DNA of 64,000 nt, from contig NC_087245.1 in the NCBI RefSeq assembly GCF_037042905.1, positions 18,602,001-18,666,000 on the forward strand, written 5' to 3'. The translations under genes were made by a program, and so were the position numbers. Origin of the DNA: Lytechinus pictus (taxonomy: Eukaryota). Of the stretch, positions 1-11,957 are shown in pieces. Numbering within the stretch: the stretch's first letter is position 1; every line of letters starts with the position of its first letter. Under the pieces are notes generated by a model. It searched no databases and had not been told where the DNA came from. It worked only from the letters and a program-made list of their open reading frames with translations.

Positions 1-459
1 GATTGCAATTACTGAACTATTAGGCGTAGATGCCAGAAGAACACTAACAAGGTTTTGTGAGGTTCATATGTTTTCAAAACATTTTTTTTTTATCAAATCA
101 CAATTCTAATTGAAGAATACAGGTATATGTAGATGTGAAAAGTGATCAAGCGATTTTGTTTACAATTTGTACATGGATACATTATTTCATTTACTACAAT
201 GTACTGTTCATGTACACATCATAAACAACATACATTTGTCCAATATGTACTGGATGTTCCAGAATGATAAACTAAAATATCAAGTGGAGAAAAAATTATG
301 TATATTTGCATTGTTTGTATCCCGCTATGATTATAAAATTCACTTGTTATTCCCTGATGGATTATAAAGTGATCAAATGTGAAGACAGACATCGTCTCCT
401 GACAATGAAGATGAGACAGCTATTCCATTTCCACCCACACAAGATCCTAAAATACTTAC

Positions 460-1294
460 AAGTCCAAGCTCAATATAATGTAATATACAAGGATTTGGGG
501 ACACATTAATCTGAATGGTTGTAAAAAGCTTTGGGTGCTTGAAAATGTGAGATTTGAACTGATGGACTGATGGAATATGTTTGAAAATTTCTGCAAACAC
601 AAAGCCTTGGCAATAAATAAGATGCCATCCGTCTAGTATCCATTTTTCTATCATTCTCCTAAACACACAATATCTCTTTTCATAAATTGAAAGGCAGGCT
701 ACATAATATTTAAACGTATAAGAGACCATTTGCTTGGTTGGTAAATCGCCAATTTGTCTACTGCCAACTCGTCCACTCACTACATGGTCTACTTTTATTT
801 AGTCTTATGCCATTCCGTCCATAAACATTTCGTCAAATACATGTAACCATTTGGTCCAATAACGATTTGGTAAAATCATCACTTCGTCTTATCACCAATT
901 CGTCTATATTCGTCTTATAACCGGTTGGTCTAATACCCATTTCATTTTTTTTTTAAACAGATTGATTCACAGCAGCCTCCAAATATCAGGTATGTTCTCA
1001 GATAATTTAAAAGGATCACATGTACATGTATGCATTGAACAATGTACCCATCTTCAATGAAGTATTTTATCATAAACTATTAATAACAGAAATTCTTGAA
1101 AATCTACCATGCTACCAAACCATGCTGACATCAAAAAACAAAAACTCCGTAAAAGGAAAACAATAGAAAAAATACAAATTGTATCTGAACTTACCCGATT
1201 ATCCATTGATAATTTATGACAATCTTCTATTATGAATAATTTTCTGCTTTTATCAAACCCAAATTCAGTGGAGATTCCCCCCACCCCTTTAATT
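460..1294 (-). other. Two candidate minus-strand coding exons (1195-1294 and 460-510) of an unidentified gene that would continue left of the window
   Basis: Both have a CAG acceptor and a GTAAGT donor on the minus strand and are phase-compatible. They join as IKGVGGISTEFGFDKSRKLFIIEDCHKLSMDNR|INVSPNPCILHYIELGL. No homology recognised. Confidence 0.3.
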
Positions 1295-1508
1295 CTGAAG
1301 TCAAATTACAGGAGAAAATCATTACATATTTGCATTAATAATAGATTTATTCAAAGACTTAATTTTGCTGGTATCAGATTGCAATTTGTTCCACTTTTTT
1401 TAAACAGCTACTACTACTACACAGTCTTCTGTGTAGCAGATTTTACATACTGTAGGACTGGACAGAAATGTAATCATTTGGGAGCTTCTCTTTTATCCTT
1501 ATGACATT

Positions 1509-1970
1509 GAGGCCGTTCTCATTACGCTTTCTAAAACTAGTTTACTGGAAACCGATTCAGGAAACCACTTTGGAAGATCGCTTTGCTAGCGTTCCCACTT
1601 GATCACACGAAAGTGGTTTTCAAAATCACTTCACGTAAAGCGCTCTTGTTGCTATGGAAATGCTCTGTGGGGTGACACGTTTCGCGCGAAATTCGAAACC
1701 GCAGCATAGGCATTCTACACCTGTGGTGTGGAGTAGCGCGCTCAAAATGTGCGAAGATCGCTTCCCGAAGAACGGTTGTGTCCTCACTTACGCTAAAACC
1801 AGTTTAAAGAGGCAAAGCGATCTTGAAAACTACATCGCGAGGTGGTTTTCCAAACTGGTTTGGAAGATCGCTTCCAAGACTGCTTCGACCGTTCTCACTA
1901 CGCGTTAAACTAGTTTCCACTAAACTAGTTTCCAGTAAACTAGTTTTAGGAACGTAGTGAGAACAGCCTC
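1509..1970. mobile_element. MITE, possibly PIF/Harbinger-like
   Basis: ~40-bp imperfect TIRs GAGGCCGTTCTCATTACG..AAAACTAGTTTACTGGAAAC / GTTTCCAGTAAACTAGTTTT..CGTAGTGAGAACAGCCTC. TSD not clear. Confidence 0.7.
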
Positions 1971-2678
1971 TAAATGGTAATCAAATTTGGTAAGCAGAAG
2001 TAAATGTACCTTCACACACACAAAATGAACCAGTAGATTTTCTTTCACTCTCCATGCAGAGGATTAAGGGGAACATATTTCAAAAACGGGTGAGATAATA
2101 AAAAAAACATGCAAACTGCAATACCGAGAAAAAATAGGCCTTAAACTAAAGTCATTGATAATTCACAAAGCAGTAACATGAACGTCATTGTTCAAACTTT
2201 TGATAAATTATTTCCTGTTTGCGTAAAGTAGAACTTGGGTTGATCTCATTGTTCCCATGCCATTCTCTCCCTTTAAAGTCAACAGCCTTGAGAAACAGGG
2301 CAGCTTGTAGATTTTACACAATAGGCATGCCCCCCACAATGAAAAAACATTTTGTGTTTGAAACATACATGTATAACCTCAAGATTTTTTCAGTTTTTCT
2401 ACACCTTGATAAACCCCTCAAAAAAGTTTGGACATTAATTTCTCCCAACTCCCAATTTCACTCAATGCATATTTGATATCATTCCAAAGATCAATTAATT
2501 CTTTTTAAAATGATGCCATGCTTGTCATGATCATGCCATGACGAAAAGAGCAAGATTCAAAAGTGTTGGATGAGGTCTAAATTGAAAAGCTGCAAAACGA
2601 ACAGAAATAGTCATGAAGGGTCAGTAAAGAACATAATTCTTTTGTCTGTGTCAATAGAGATGAAAATCCATTCAAATC

Positions 2679-3562
2679 TAGCCTCTTGCCGAGGCCCTGG
2701 CGGCTGCTTCCCGAGCGAAGCGATGGATTTCCTATCGCGAAGTGAATTAGGCCTGGCGAGCGCAGCGAGCCAGGGCCTCTTGACATCTGAGCTGAATAAT
2801 ATATTCATGAGGAGCGTCTTCCTAATGAATACACATGAGTCATGAATATTACCGGTCACCTACATGTAGTAAACCAATGAAATGTCAAAACTGTTTCGTC
2901 CGGGGTTCGGAATACTAGTAGTCCACTATTCTGCGGGGGATTCATTTAATTGCGGGACACTAAAGGGGATATAACCAGCAAAATGCTACAAGAAGTGGTA
3001 CTACTACTAAAAGTACTAGCAGTAACAGACCCATCACCACCCCGAAACTTCCCGGGAGATCGGCCTGGTCAGACTCGAGTCAAGGGGAAGCACCAAGGCT
3101 GAACAACTCAACTCCAGCATTTCCTCACTGCACCGCGGAGATCGATAATCGACGCAGAGTGGAATCGCATAAAAGATTACATTTTTTCCATATCCTGTGG
3201 GTAGATTTACAAACACATCTCATCCTTTCAGTGCAGATTTAATTTCAACGACTTGCAAATCCTTAAATCGGTCAATATTCAGCATTATAGAGGCATATTC
3301 AATGCTCTTTGATATTTCGTCGTCACTCTTTGCCAAGAATCCACGGGTCGCCATCAAGATGAGCTCATGAATATTCAATATGACGTCATAGCAGCCCTTG
3401 CTCTCATTGGATGATTTTCACCGACCAGTTTTTGGTCGGAATATTGGTAAAAACAATAAAGAACAAAAGAAAGTCAGTGAAATTCGGCTCAGATGTCACT
3501 ATATTTCGCTTCGCTCGGGAAACAGCCGCCAGGGCCACGAGTCGTGCCACGACAAGAGGCTA
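2679..3562 (-). mobile_element. Non-autonomous AcademH-like DNA transposon with a RecQ-like helicase remnant
   Basis: TAG...CTA termini. TIRs TAGCCTCTTG..GGCCCTGGCGGCTG(C/T)TTCCCGAGCGAAGCG. 9-bp TSD ATTCAAATC (2670-2678, 3563-3571). Internal SF2 helicase motif I. Confidence 0.8.
3034..3354 (-). pseudogene. Truncated RecQ-like (SF2) helicase N-terminus
   Basis: ATG at 3354 gives MATRG...FKDLQVVEIKSALKG*DVFVNLPTGYGKN: Q motif plus Walker A, with an in-frame TGA at 3220-3222. Confidence 0.75.
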
Positions 3563-5556
3563 ATTCAAATCAAGCCCCTACTTCTCCATTTTTGATGTTT
3601 TGTTGTGGTGTATGTAGTGATGGTTCTGTGAGATAACATGATTTGAGTCATGGTTTGAAATACCCATGCATGTTTGTTGTTTCTTATGTGTTTGCTTATT
3701 TTTTTATTCAGGTCAAGTCCACCTCAGAAAAATGTTGGTTTGGATAAATAGGGAAAAAACAAACATAACGCTGAAAATTTCATCAAAATCGGTTGTAATA
3801 TATTAAGAAAGTTATAGCATTTTGAAGTTTCACTTATTTTTCACAAACAGTGATATGCACAACTCAGTGACATGCAAATGAGACAGTCGATGATGTCCCT
3901 CACTCACTATTTCCTTTGTTTTTTATTGTTTGAATTATACAATATTTCATCTTTTACAGATTTGACAATAAGGATAGTAATATTAATAATAAGATAAATA
4001 ATAATAATGATAATTATGATTAAATAATAATAATCATGATAAAAATAATGATAATTATGTCTTTATGATTAAATAACAATAATAATTATGATAAAATAAT
4101 AATGACAAAATGATAATAATGATAATATAATATGATGACAATAATAATAATAATTCCCGAAGGTTTTGAATGAGTCTTCCTTGTCACATTGCACTGGGAA
4201 ACTGTCCCCATCCCCTTGTCGAACGAGCACGATTTTATGTTGTGAGGGGACGGTATCACGAGTAATAATACTGTTGGAGCTATCCCCACTGCGTGCAAAG
4301 TGAACTTGATTTCCCGTAGAGTGGTCAGTGGGGACTGTATCACGAGTATATAATAGGGAGAGAATCCAAGTGTAAGTGTGTTTCATTTGTGTGTGTTATC
4401 ATTTCGCAAGTTCTCGAGCTGTGCGAGAGTTGTGGGGACTGTGTTCTGGAGAAAGGAAGTGATTTTCATGCGTTCTGCCTTCTGGTAGTGGTAGGTCATG
4501 TATTAATGTAGGTGTGATTCTAATAATCCCCATTTTTGGATTTGGGGACTATATCACGATTATGCCATTTTTGATAGAGTGTCAACATTTCTGAGATTAT
4601 TGATTCTTTTTTACAATTTAAATTACCCCCAATATTAGGGCAGGGAATTTGGCGGCCCCCTTTATGCAGCTAAACAGCTGCAAGCCCATGACTGTTTTAT
4701 GAAACGCCGGTACAAACCGGTCACACAATGCACACACAGAAATTCATTCAAAATCGAAACCACACACATCCATTCCAAGCAAAATGAAGCAAACCAGCGC
4801 GAACACTGACTGTGTCGAAGGCGAAGCATGGCATGGCAACCCCAACGAATTTATTTATTTTCTACAAAAAACACAGACAAATGCATACCTCTACATTAAG
4901 AATATAAATAAAAACAAACTCACTTCCTCAGGCTTACACATCAGGCGATAAATAGTTAACCAGACAGGGAGAAAAGTGTCATAGATAGTCCTCTAACACT
5001 GTAGAATGTAACACAAAAGATATTGGCAATGCCAAAAAAAAAAGTTGGAAAAACATACCGGCCGCGCCGCACGTACGTACGTACATACGTACCGTACGTG
5101 CGAATCGCGCGCGCGTACGCGTTCAGCAAAAAAATTAACCACGATTTTCCCAAGAAATGAACAAAATAATAAAAGTGACCCCCCCCCCCCCCGATGAGAG
5201 GGCAGTCAAATGTATTGATGTACACACGTGTGGCTAAATTAGTTCCAAACACCCCCTAAACGAGTTTTTCTGTGTGCAAAATAACCCCCTTAACAATTTT
5301 TTCGCGGGCTTTACTTTACACATTTTGGCCCCTAAACAAGTTGTTGCCAGAATAATATGACCTCGGGGAAAAAGCTTGGGGGAAAAAATACCCTTAACAC
5401 GTTTCGCCAGTCTTAAAAAAAAGCTTTGGAAAAAAAAAACATACCCTAAATACGTTTGACCCTGCGATGGACCATTGACCATTTTTTAAAACTATACCTC
5501 TTTTTTTTTTAAATCGGTGTTTTTGATCAGTACCCTAGCTAAACGAGTGCACGTTA

Positions 5557-8064
5557 AGGACGTTCCACAGTTAAAATGAAGTCCGTGTCATTTTCACCAA
5601 ATTTTGCAGAGAATTACTTTGGTATCTATGCATTATGAAAATGCAAAAAATAATATAGGTTCATGTGCTTATTTTTTTTCTACGGGTCTTCAAAGTAGCC
5701 GTATTTGAATGATATGCAATCTTGCGCAATCAAGAGAATTATGCCTCTCGTATAGACCTCACGAATTCAAGTAGAGTTTAAATCATCTCTACTCAGTGGA
5801 TACCGCATCAAACTTCATCAAATTTTCAAGATATATAACAAAGTGTATACCAATTTAAATACCAAAGTAACTAGTATATCTATTTGGAGTGAGCAGCGTC
5901 CTCATTTGGCAAGAATGGTGCAAAAACTCGGGAAAAAACAAATAAGTTCAAAGACGTGAATCTACTCAAAAATTTAAAAAAGTATTTTGTAAGCTGCACT
6001 TTTTTCAAAATCATGTCATTTTCATCAAAGTCGGCTAACTTGTAGAGGAATGCGTATCAAAGGTGTAGGGAAGGTAAAAATATGGGGTCCATAATGTGCT
6101 CGTTTTTTAACTATCAGTGTGTCCAAAGTGATGCAAGTCAGTGGCATGAAAATCGCCTAAAATGCGCCGAAAACGTGCAAAAGTCTTTTAATACCGTCTA
6201 AAATGCGAATGGTTCCGTAGTTTTGTTCCAAAACATTCAAAATCCATGTCATTTTTATCATACTCTTTGGATTTGTAGAGAAATATATTCCAAATTCGTT
6301 AAAATATTAAACATGCATATGGGGTCCATGTGGTCGATTTTAAACTATCAGTGTCCAAAGTGTTGCAAGTTGGCTTGAAAATCGCCTAAAATACGCCGAA
6401 AACATGCAAAAGTCTCTTAATACCCTCTAAAAAATGCAAATGGTTCCATATTTCGCTCCCCAACATTCAAAATTCATGTCATTTTCTTCATACTCTCTAG
6501 ATTTGTAGAAGAATATATTCAAAAGACGTTAAATATTAAAAATATGGGGTCCATTTGCTCGTTTTTAAACTATCAGTGTCTAAAGAGTTGCGAGTTGGTC
6601 CGTAGTTGGCTTGAAACAGCCCAAAATGCACCGAAAACAAGCAAAAGTCTGATAATAGTATACCGTGACTGTCTAATATACGAATGGTTCCGTAGTTCTG
6701 CTCCCAAACATTCAAAATCCATGTCATTTTTCATCATACTCTCTAGATTCGCAGAGGAATATATTCTGATGACGTTAAAATATTAAAAATATGGGGTACA
6801 TGTGCTCGTTGTCAAACTATCAGTGTCTAAAGTGTTGCGAGTTGGCTTGAAACAGTCCCAGAAACAGTCTATAACGCGCCTAAAACGGGCAAAAGTCTAA
6901 ATAATACCGTCCAAAATGTCGAAAATACGAATGATTCCTTAGTCCTGCTCTCAAACATTCAAAATCCATGTCATTTTCATCATACCCTCCATATTTGTAG
7001 AGGAATATATTTTGAAGAATTTAAGACATTTAAACTATGGGGTCCATGTGCTCATTTTCAAATTATCCGTGTCCAAAATATTGCAAGTTGGCTTGAAACA
7101 GCCCAAAATGCGCCGAAAACAAGCAAAAGTCTGTTAATACTGTCTAAAATGCGAATGGTTCCGTAGTCTTGCTTCCAAACATTAAAAAATCCATGTCATT
7201 TTCATCATACTTTGAACATAGATACTTTAGCACCTGAATATTCCAAATATGCAAAAATTAACAGGGGTCTATGTGTTTGATTTTTTGCTATAGAGCTTCA
7301 ACCTTAACCCAAAATGGATGTTCTAAGGAGTTTGGCATTTTTAGACCTCACGAGATCACAACAATGAGTTTAAAGCTCTATAAATAATCAGTCAAAATCC
7401 ATGAGAATTTGATTAAACTTTGCAATATGATTGATAATTGTATCCAAGCTGGATAATCTATTTGTATTGCTTTCAATTGTTTGTTCATTTAAGTCTAACA
7501 GCACTCTCAGTTCTTAGAAATTGCGGGAAAGATAACAAATACTTGAGAAGTAAAAGAAATGCTGCACTTTATTCAAAACCCATGTCATTTTCACCAAACT
7601 TTGCAAAGTTGTAGAGGAAGGTATACCTAAGAGGTGCAAACATAAAAAAATATGGGTTCATGTGCTTGTTTTCAAACTATCAGCACTCTTATTAGAGCAA
7701 ATGTGCTTCTTAAAACACCCCAAAAACGCGCCAAAAGCTTTGTATCTATGTGAGGAAAATTCCGAACCACTCTACCATTATTCAAACTCGGGGTCATATT
7801 CATCACACTTTGCAGCACTACAGAGAAAAGTATTTTTTAATATAACAAAATGGTCCATGGAATAATTCCAGTTTATTAGCTTAATGAAATAGCACATCGT
7901 ATCTGCAGTTAAGGTTAAAGTTAAGTGCAGATAAGGAGAAAGATCAGCTCACAATACCTATACAGCAGCTGATTAATCACCAGTTCATCCATTGTGACGT
8001 CAGCGCGCAGAGTATAAAATATGCGCAGATCATGATGCGCACAAACATAACTGTGGAACGTCCT
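5557..8064. mobile_element. Harbinger-like non-autonomous element with internal ~225-247-bp tandem repeats
   Basis: Perfect 17-bp TIR AGGACGTTCCACAGTTA and TTA TSD on both sides. The motif CATGTCATTTT recurs near 6012, 6245, 6475, 6720, 6967, 7192 and 7581. Confidence 0.75.
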
Positions 8065-8411
8065 TTATAAACGTTTTTTTTTTGGTCACGCGTATTTGAC
8101 TGCCCCCTCCCCCGGGAAAGTGGCGCCGGAATACGACTATATTATTCAACTTGATAATGAACAATTGATGTGCATTAATATGTGATTACTAGCCATAATT
8201 AGATGTGCTGTATCCCCTTAATTGTATTTTTCAAACTGGCTCTAAAGAAGTCAACAAAGACGAAAGCTAATATGGAGGCATTTGAGTTGACCCTCATCCC
8301 CTTTCATCTCAATGTGGGAATATACTAGTATTATATACTCTCATCTCAAGAGCGTATGGTAGAAGTAAACTTGTCATCAGATTATGGCTATTTTTCAGTG
8401 CTCAACTACAT

Positions 8412-10089
8412 CATAGGCGGATCCAGGGGGCCCGGGCCCCCCATAGGCGGAGCAAAAAAAAAGCCGGAAAAGAAAGGGGGGGGAATAAGAAGGAAAAAGA
8501 GAGGAGAGAAAAGAAGAGGAATATAAGAGGAGGAAGACGAGTGAATAAAATAAGATGAGGGGAAGACTTGGAAAATAATTTTAAAATATTTCATGTCACT
8601 ATATAAAATTTTCGCTCGCGCTTCGAGCTCGCATTGACTTTTAGGTGATTTACATATCTTGCTCAATATGGAGCTTAATAGAGTGTCAAATTTTTAAGTC
8701 AATATGCCAAACATATTTCAGCTCGGAAATCGAACTTTCATTACTTTGTTTGATTCACAAATTGTATTTTAAAGTTTTAAAGTGCTCTTTAAAAATTCGT
8801 GTTTTATGGTCTGAATATTAACATTTTCTGCTCGCGCTGCGCGCTCGCAAAATTTAATTTGTCAGGTACCTATTATTTTCCTGTATTTAAAGTTCTCAGA
8901 ACACCCCCGGAGTGAATAGGGATATTTTGAGAACTTTAAATATACAGGAAAATAATAGGTACCTGACAAATTAATTTGTCCCTTTTTTCAGAATGGAATA
9001 TCGACAAGTTTCATCTCGCGCTTGGGAAGAGAAATAGGAAGAAAGTCATCATTTTCATAATTTTTTATGATGACCTAAATGTCCCTGTCCTATGTCAAAA
9101 CTCAAAGTAATAATAATGAAACATATCACCTTTTTTTTTAAACTGTGATCCATATCCACCTCATAATTTTCCTACAAACTGCTTGAAATACAGTGCTTAA
9201 ATTGACCCTTTTTCAGATCGGAATATCAAATATTTAAAACTTGCGCTTCGCGCTCGCTCTATTGATATTCATAATGAAAAAGGTATGTAGAATGTCCAGT
9301 TTCTAGGTACGTCGAAACCTGAAACACGTGCGTGCATGTTTATTAAAAACAGCTTGTTCTCTATTCAAATCATTATCTAGTTTCAAATCACAATATCAAA
9401 AATTTTCTGCTCGCGCTTTGCGCTCGCATTATTAATGTAGGAGGATTTCCAATTAGTCATCCTTTTCATTATTTACAAAACATGAAAAGTGTGTCCCATT
9501 TTTAGGTGTAAATCTCGATTTTTCCGCTCACGCTTCGCGCTCGCATCAATTGTTTAGTTGGGCCTATATACCTGTCCTTTCACGATTACAAAAAGTGCTT
9601 AGAATTTCCATTCTTCAAGTAGAAATGTCAAAATTTTAAGCTCGCACTTCGCGCTCGCATTATTTGATTGTTGAAATTTGTAACATCTTCATGGCTAATT
9701 GCTAGCAGCCGTTAACTAAAAACGTAGACCCTATTATAAAATTCTGCTCGCGCTTCGCGCTCGCAGTAATTATTTAGTTGGATACACATCATGTTTAGGA
9801 TCACAGACATTACCCAGAATGTTTAAATTTTAGGACAAAATACATGAAATAAAAAAAAATAGCTTTCGCTTCACGATCGCACTATTTAAATACTATAGTC
9901 TGCTGGTAAGGCTTATGAGATTATTATATATTTATGATGAATTATAAGAATAAAGCTTAGAAGTGACTATTAGGACTACCCCTTCAAAGAAACAAACAAA
10001 AATAAACTTCGAGCGGCCGATCGCGGAAAATGTGACTGAAAAAAAATCAACCCCCCCCCCCCTATTGGCGAAGGCTGGATCCGCCCCTG
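8412..10089. mobile_element. hAT-like non-autonomous element with GCTCGCGCTTCGCGCTCGC internal repeats
   Basis: Termini CATAGGCGGATCCAG / CTGGATCCGCCCCTG, flanked by the 6-bp direct repeat CTACAT (8406-8411, 10090-10095). Confidence 0.65.
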
Positions 10090-11492
10090 CTACATGTATA
10101 TACAGGTGCATATCCTGGATTTTGCACCCCGGGGACCCGACCTCATTTTGGCGCCTCTGTGAACTTTTGGTAAAATGGCACCCCCCTCCCGCCAAACAAT
10201 CATTGGTGCATGCCTTAAATGCATGTTGAATTATCTTATTAATCACGAGAAAAAGGGCAATCGAAGACAACTTTTTTTATGTGTTCATGACAAAAAAATA
10301 TCCATGAATATAATTACTATAATGCGACCAGAAAACATAAATAGAATTTTAAGAACTTATAGGGGTTTCAGTTTGGTTTAACTTCTCATCAGAGTGGTAG
10401 CCCCTACTAAAATTATGTGTGCAGGAGCTGTAATTTCTTTACCAGTGGCAGATCCAGCCTTCGCCAACAGGGGAAGGTGATATTTGTATATGTATGTTTC
10501 CAGATCGGACATTCTTTTGCAACCGTGAACATCATGGGTATATACATTTTAACAATATCGATGCGAGCGCCAAACGCGAGCTGTAATTTTTTGATATTCT
10601 GACCTCAAATTTGGAAATTCCATAGGTATTCCATATAGGTATCAAGCAAATCGTTTTGATGAGAGCGGGAAGCGCGAGCTTAAATTTTTGATATTCCGAC
10701 CCAAAAAGTTGGACATTCCAAGCACTTTATCTAACCATGAACAGGATCGATCGGCACCTTATCTATCTCAACATTTTATGCGAGCGTGAAGCGCGAGCTG
10801 ACAATTTCCGACCCAAAAACTGGACATTCTAAGCATTTTTTTAACCATGATCAGGATGGGCATCTATTTAAACAATAATTGTGCGAGGGCGAAGCGCGAG
10901 CTGACAAAGATTGATATATTCTGACCTAAAATTTGACATTCTAAGCACTTTTGGTAATCATGAACTGTACAGCTGGTCATCTAATTCAGCAATTGATGCG
11001 AGCGCGAAGCGAGAGCTGAAAATTTATGTTTTTCTGCCTTTCTACGGACATCCTAAGCGGTTTCTGTAATCATGATAGGCATCTAATTAATCGATGCAGG
11101 CACGAACTGAAAATTTTTGATATTCCGACTCAAAACTTGTAATTCTAAGCACATTTTGGGACCATGAACATGATGAGTATCTATATAAACAATTGATGCG
11201 AGCTGATTCTTTTTTACATTCTGATTAAAAATTTGGACATTCGAGTAAGCATTTTTGGTAATCATGAACAGGATGAGTATCTAACAAAACAGTTTACGCG
11301 AGCGCGAACTGAAAATTTTTGATCTATCGACCCAAAGTTGGACGTTCTAAGCATTTTATTTAACCATGAACAAGATCGTCACCCTATTAAACAATTAATA
11401 CGAGCGAGATGAAATTTTTTTATATTCTGACCTAAAAATTGGATTTTCTAAGCACTTTTGGTAATCATGAACAGGATGGGCATCTAACTATA

Positions 11493-11926
11493 CAGTGCGT
11501 ATAAAAAAAACGGGACAGATTTGAAAAGTCTATAAAATTTTTGTTTCAATTTATGATCTCTATATTTTGGTGTCAATAGGTGCTCTGAGGTCTTATCCTT
11601 CAAATGCTATTAAAATAATTTAGTTTCGTTCATGCTTGAGCGAACGCGGAATGTTTTTGTCTGGGGTTAAAAAGGAGGCTTGCGCCAAAATGGCATAAAC
11701 TTATAAAATATGATGGTCGGACTTCTCGCTAATCAACAGACTTCCTCTTTACCTTTTCATTATCTTTGCCATAATTTTCGAATTATGAGGTCACAGGCGC
11801 GTAGCCAGGGGGGGCGGTGAGGGCGGTCGCCCCCCCCCCCAAAAAAAAAAAAACGCCCCCAAAAAGAAAAAAAAAGAAGGGAAAAAAGAGAGGAGAAAAG
11901 GAAAAGGGAAGAATGGTAGCTTTGTG

Positions 11927-11957
<31 letters not shown>

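Noticed and set aside
373..780. 135-aa ORF as a single-exon gene
   Set aside because: It starts in a degenerate repeat and has no recognisable domain; only 460-510 looks exon-like.
961..989. Plus-strand 29-nt micro-exon (TTTAAACAG|...CAG|GTATGT)
   Set aside because: The splice signals are good, but no partner exons or homology are visible, so it cannot be supported.
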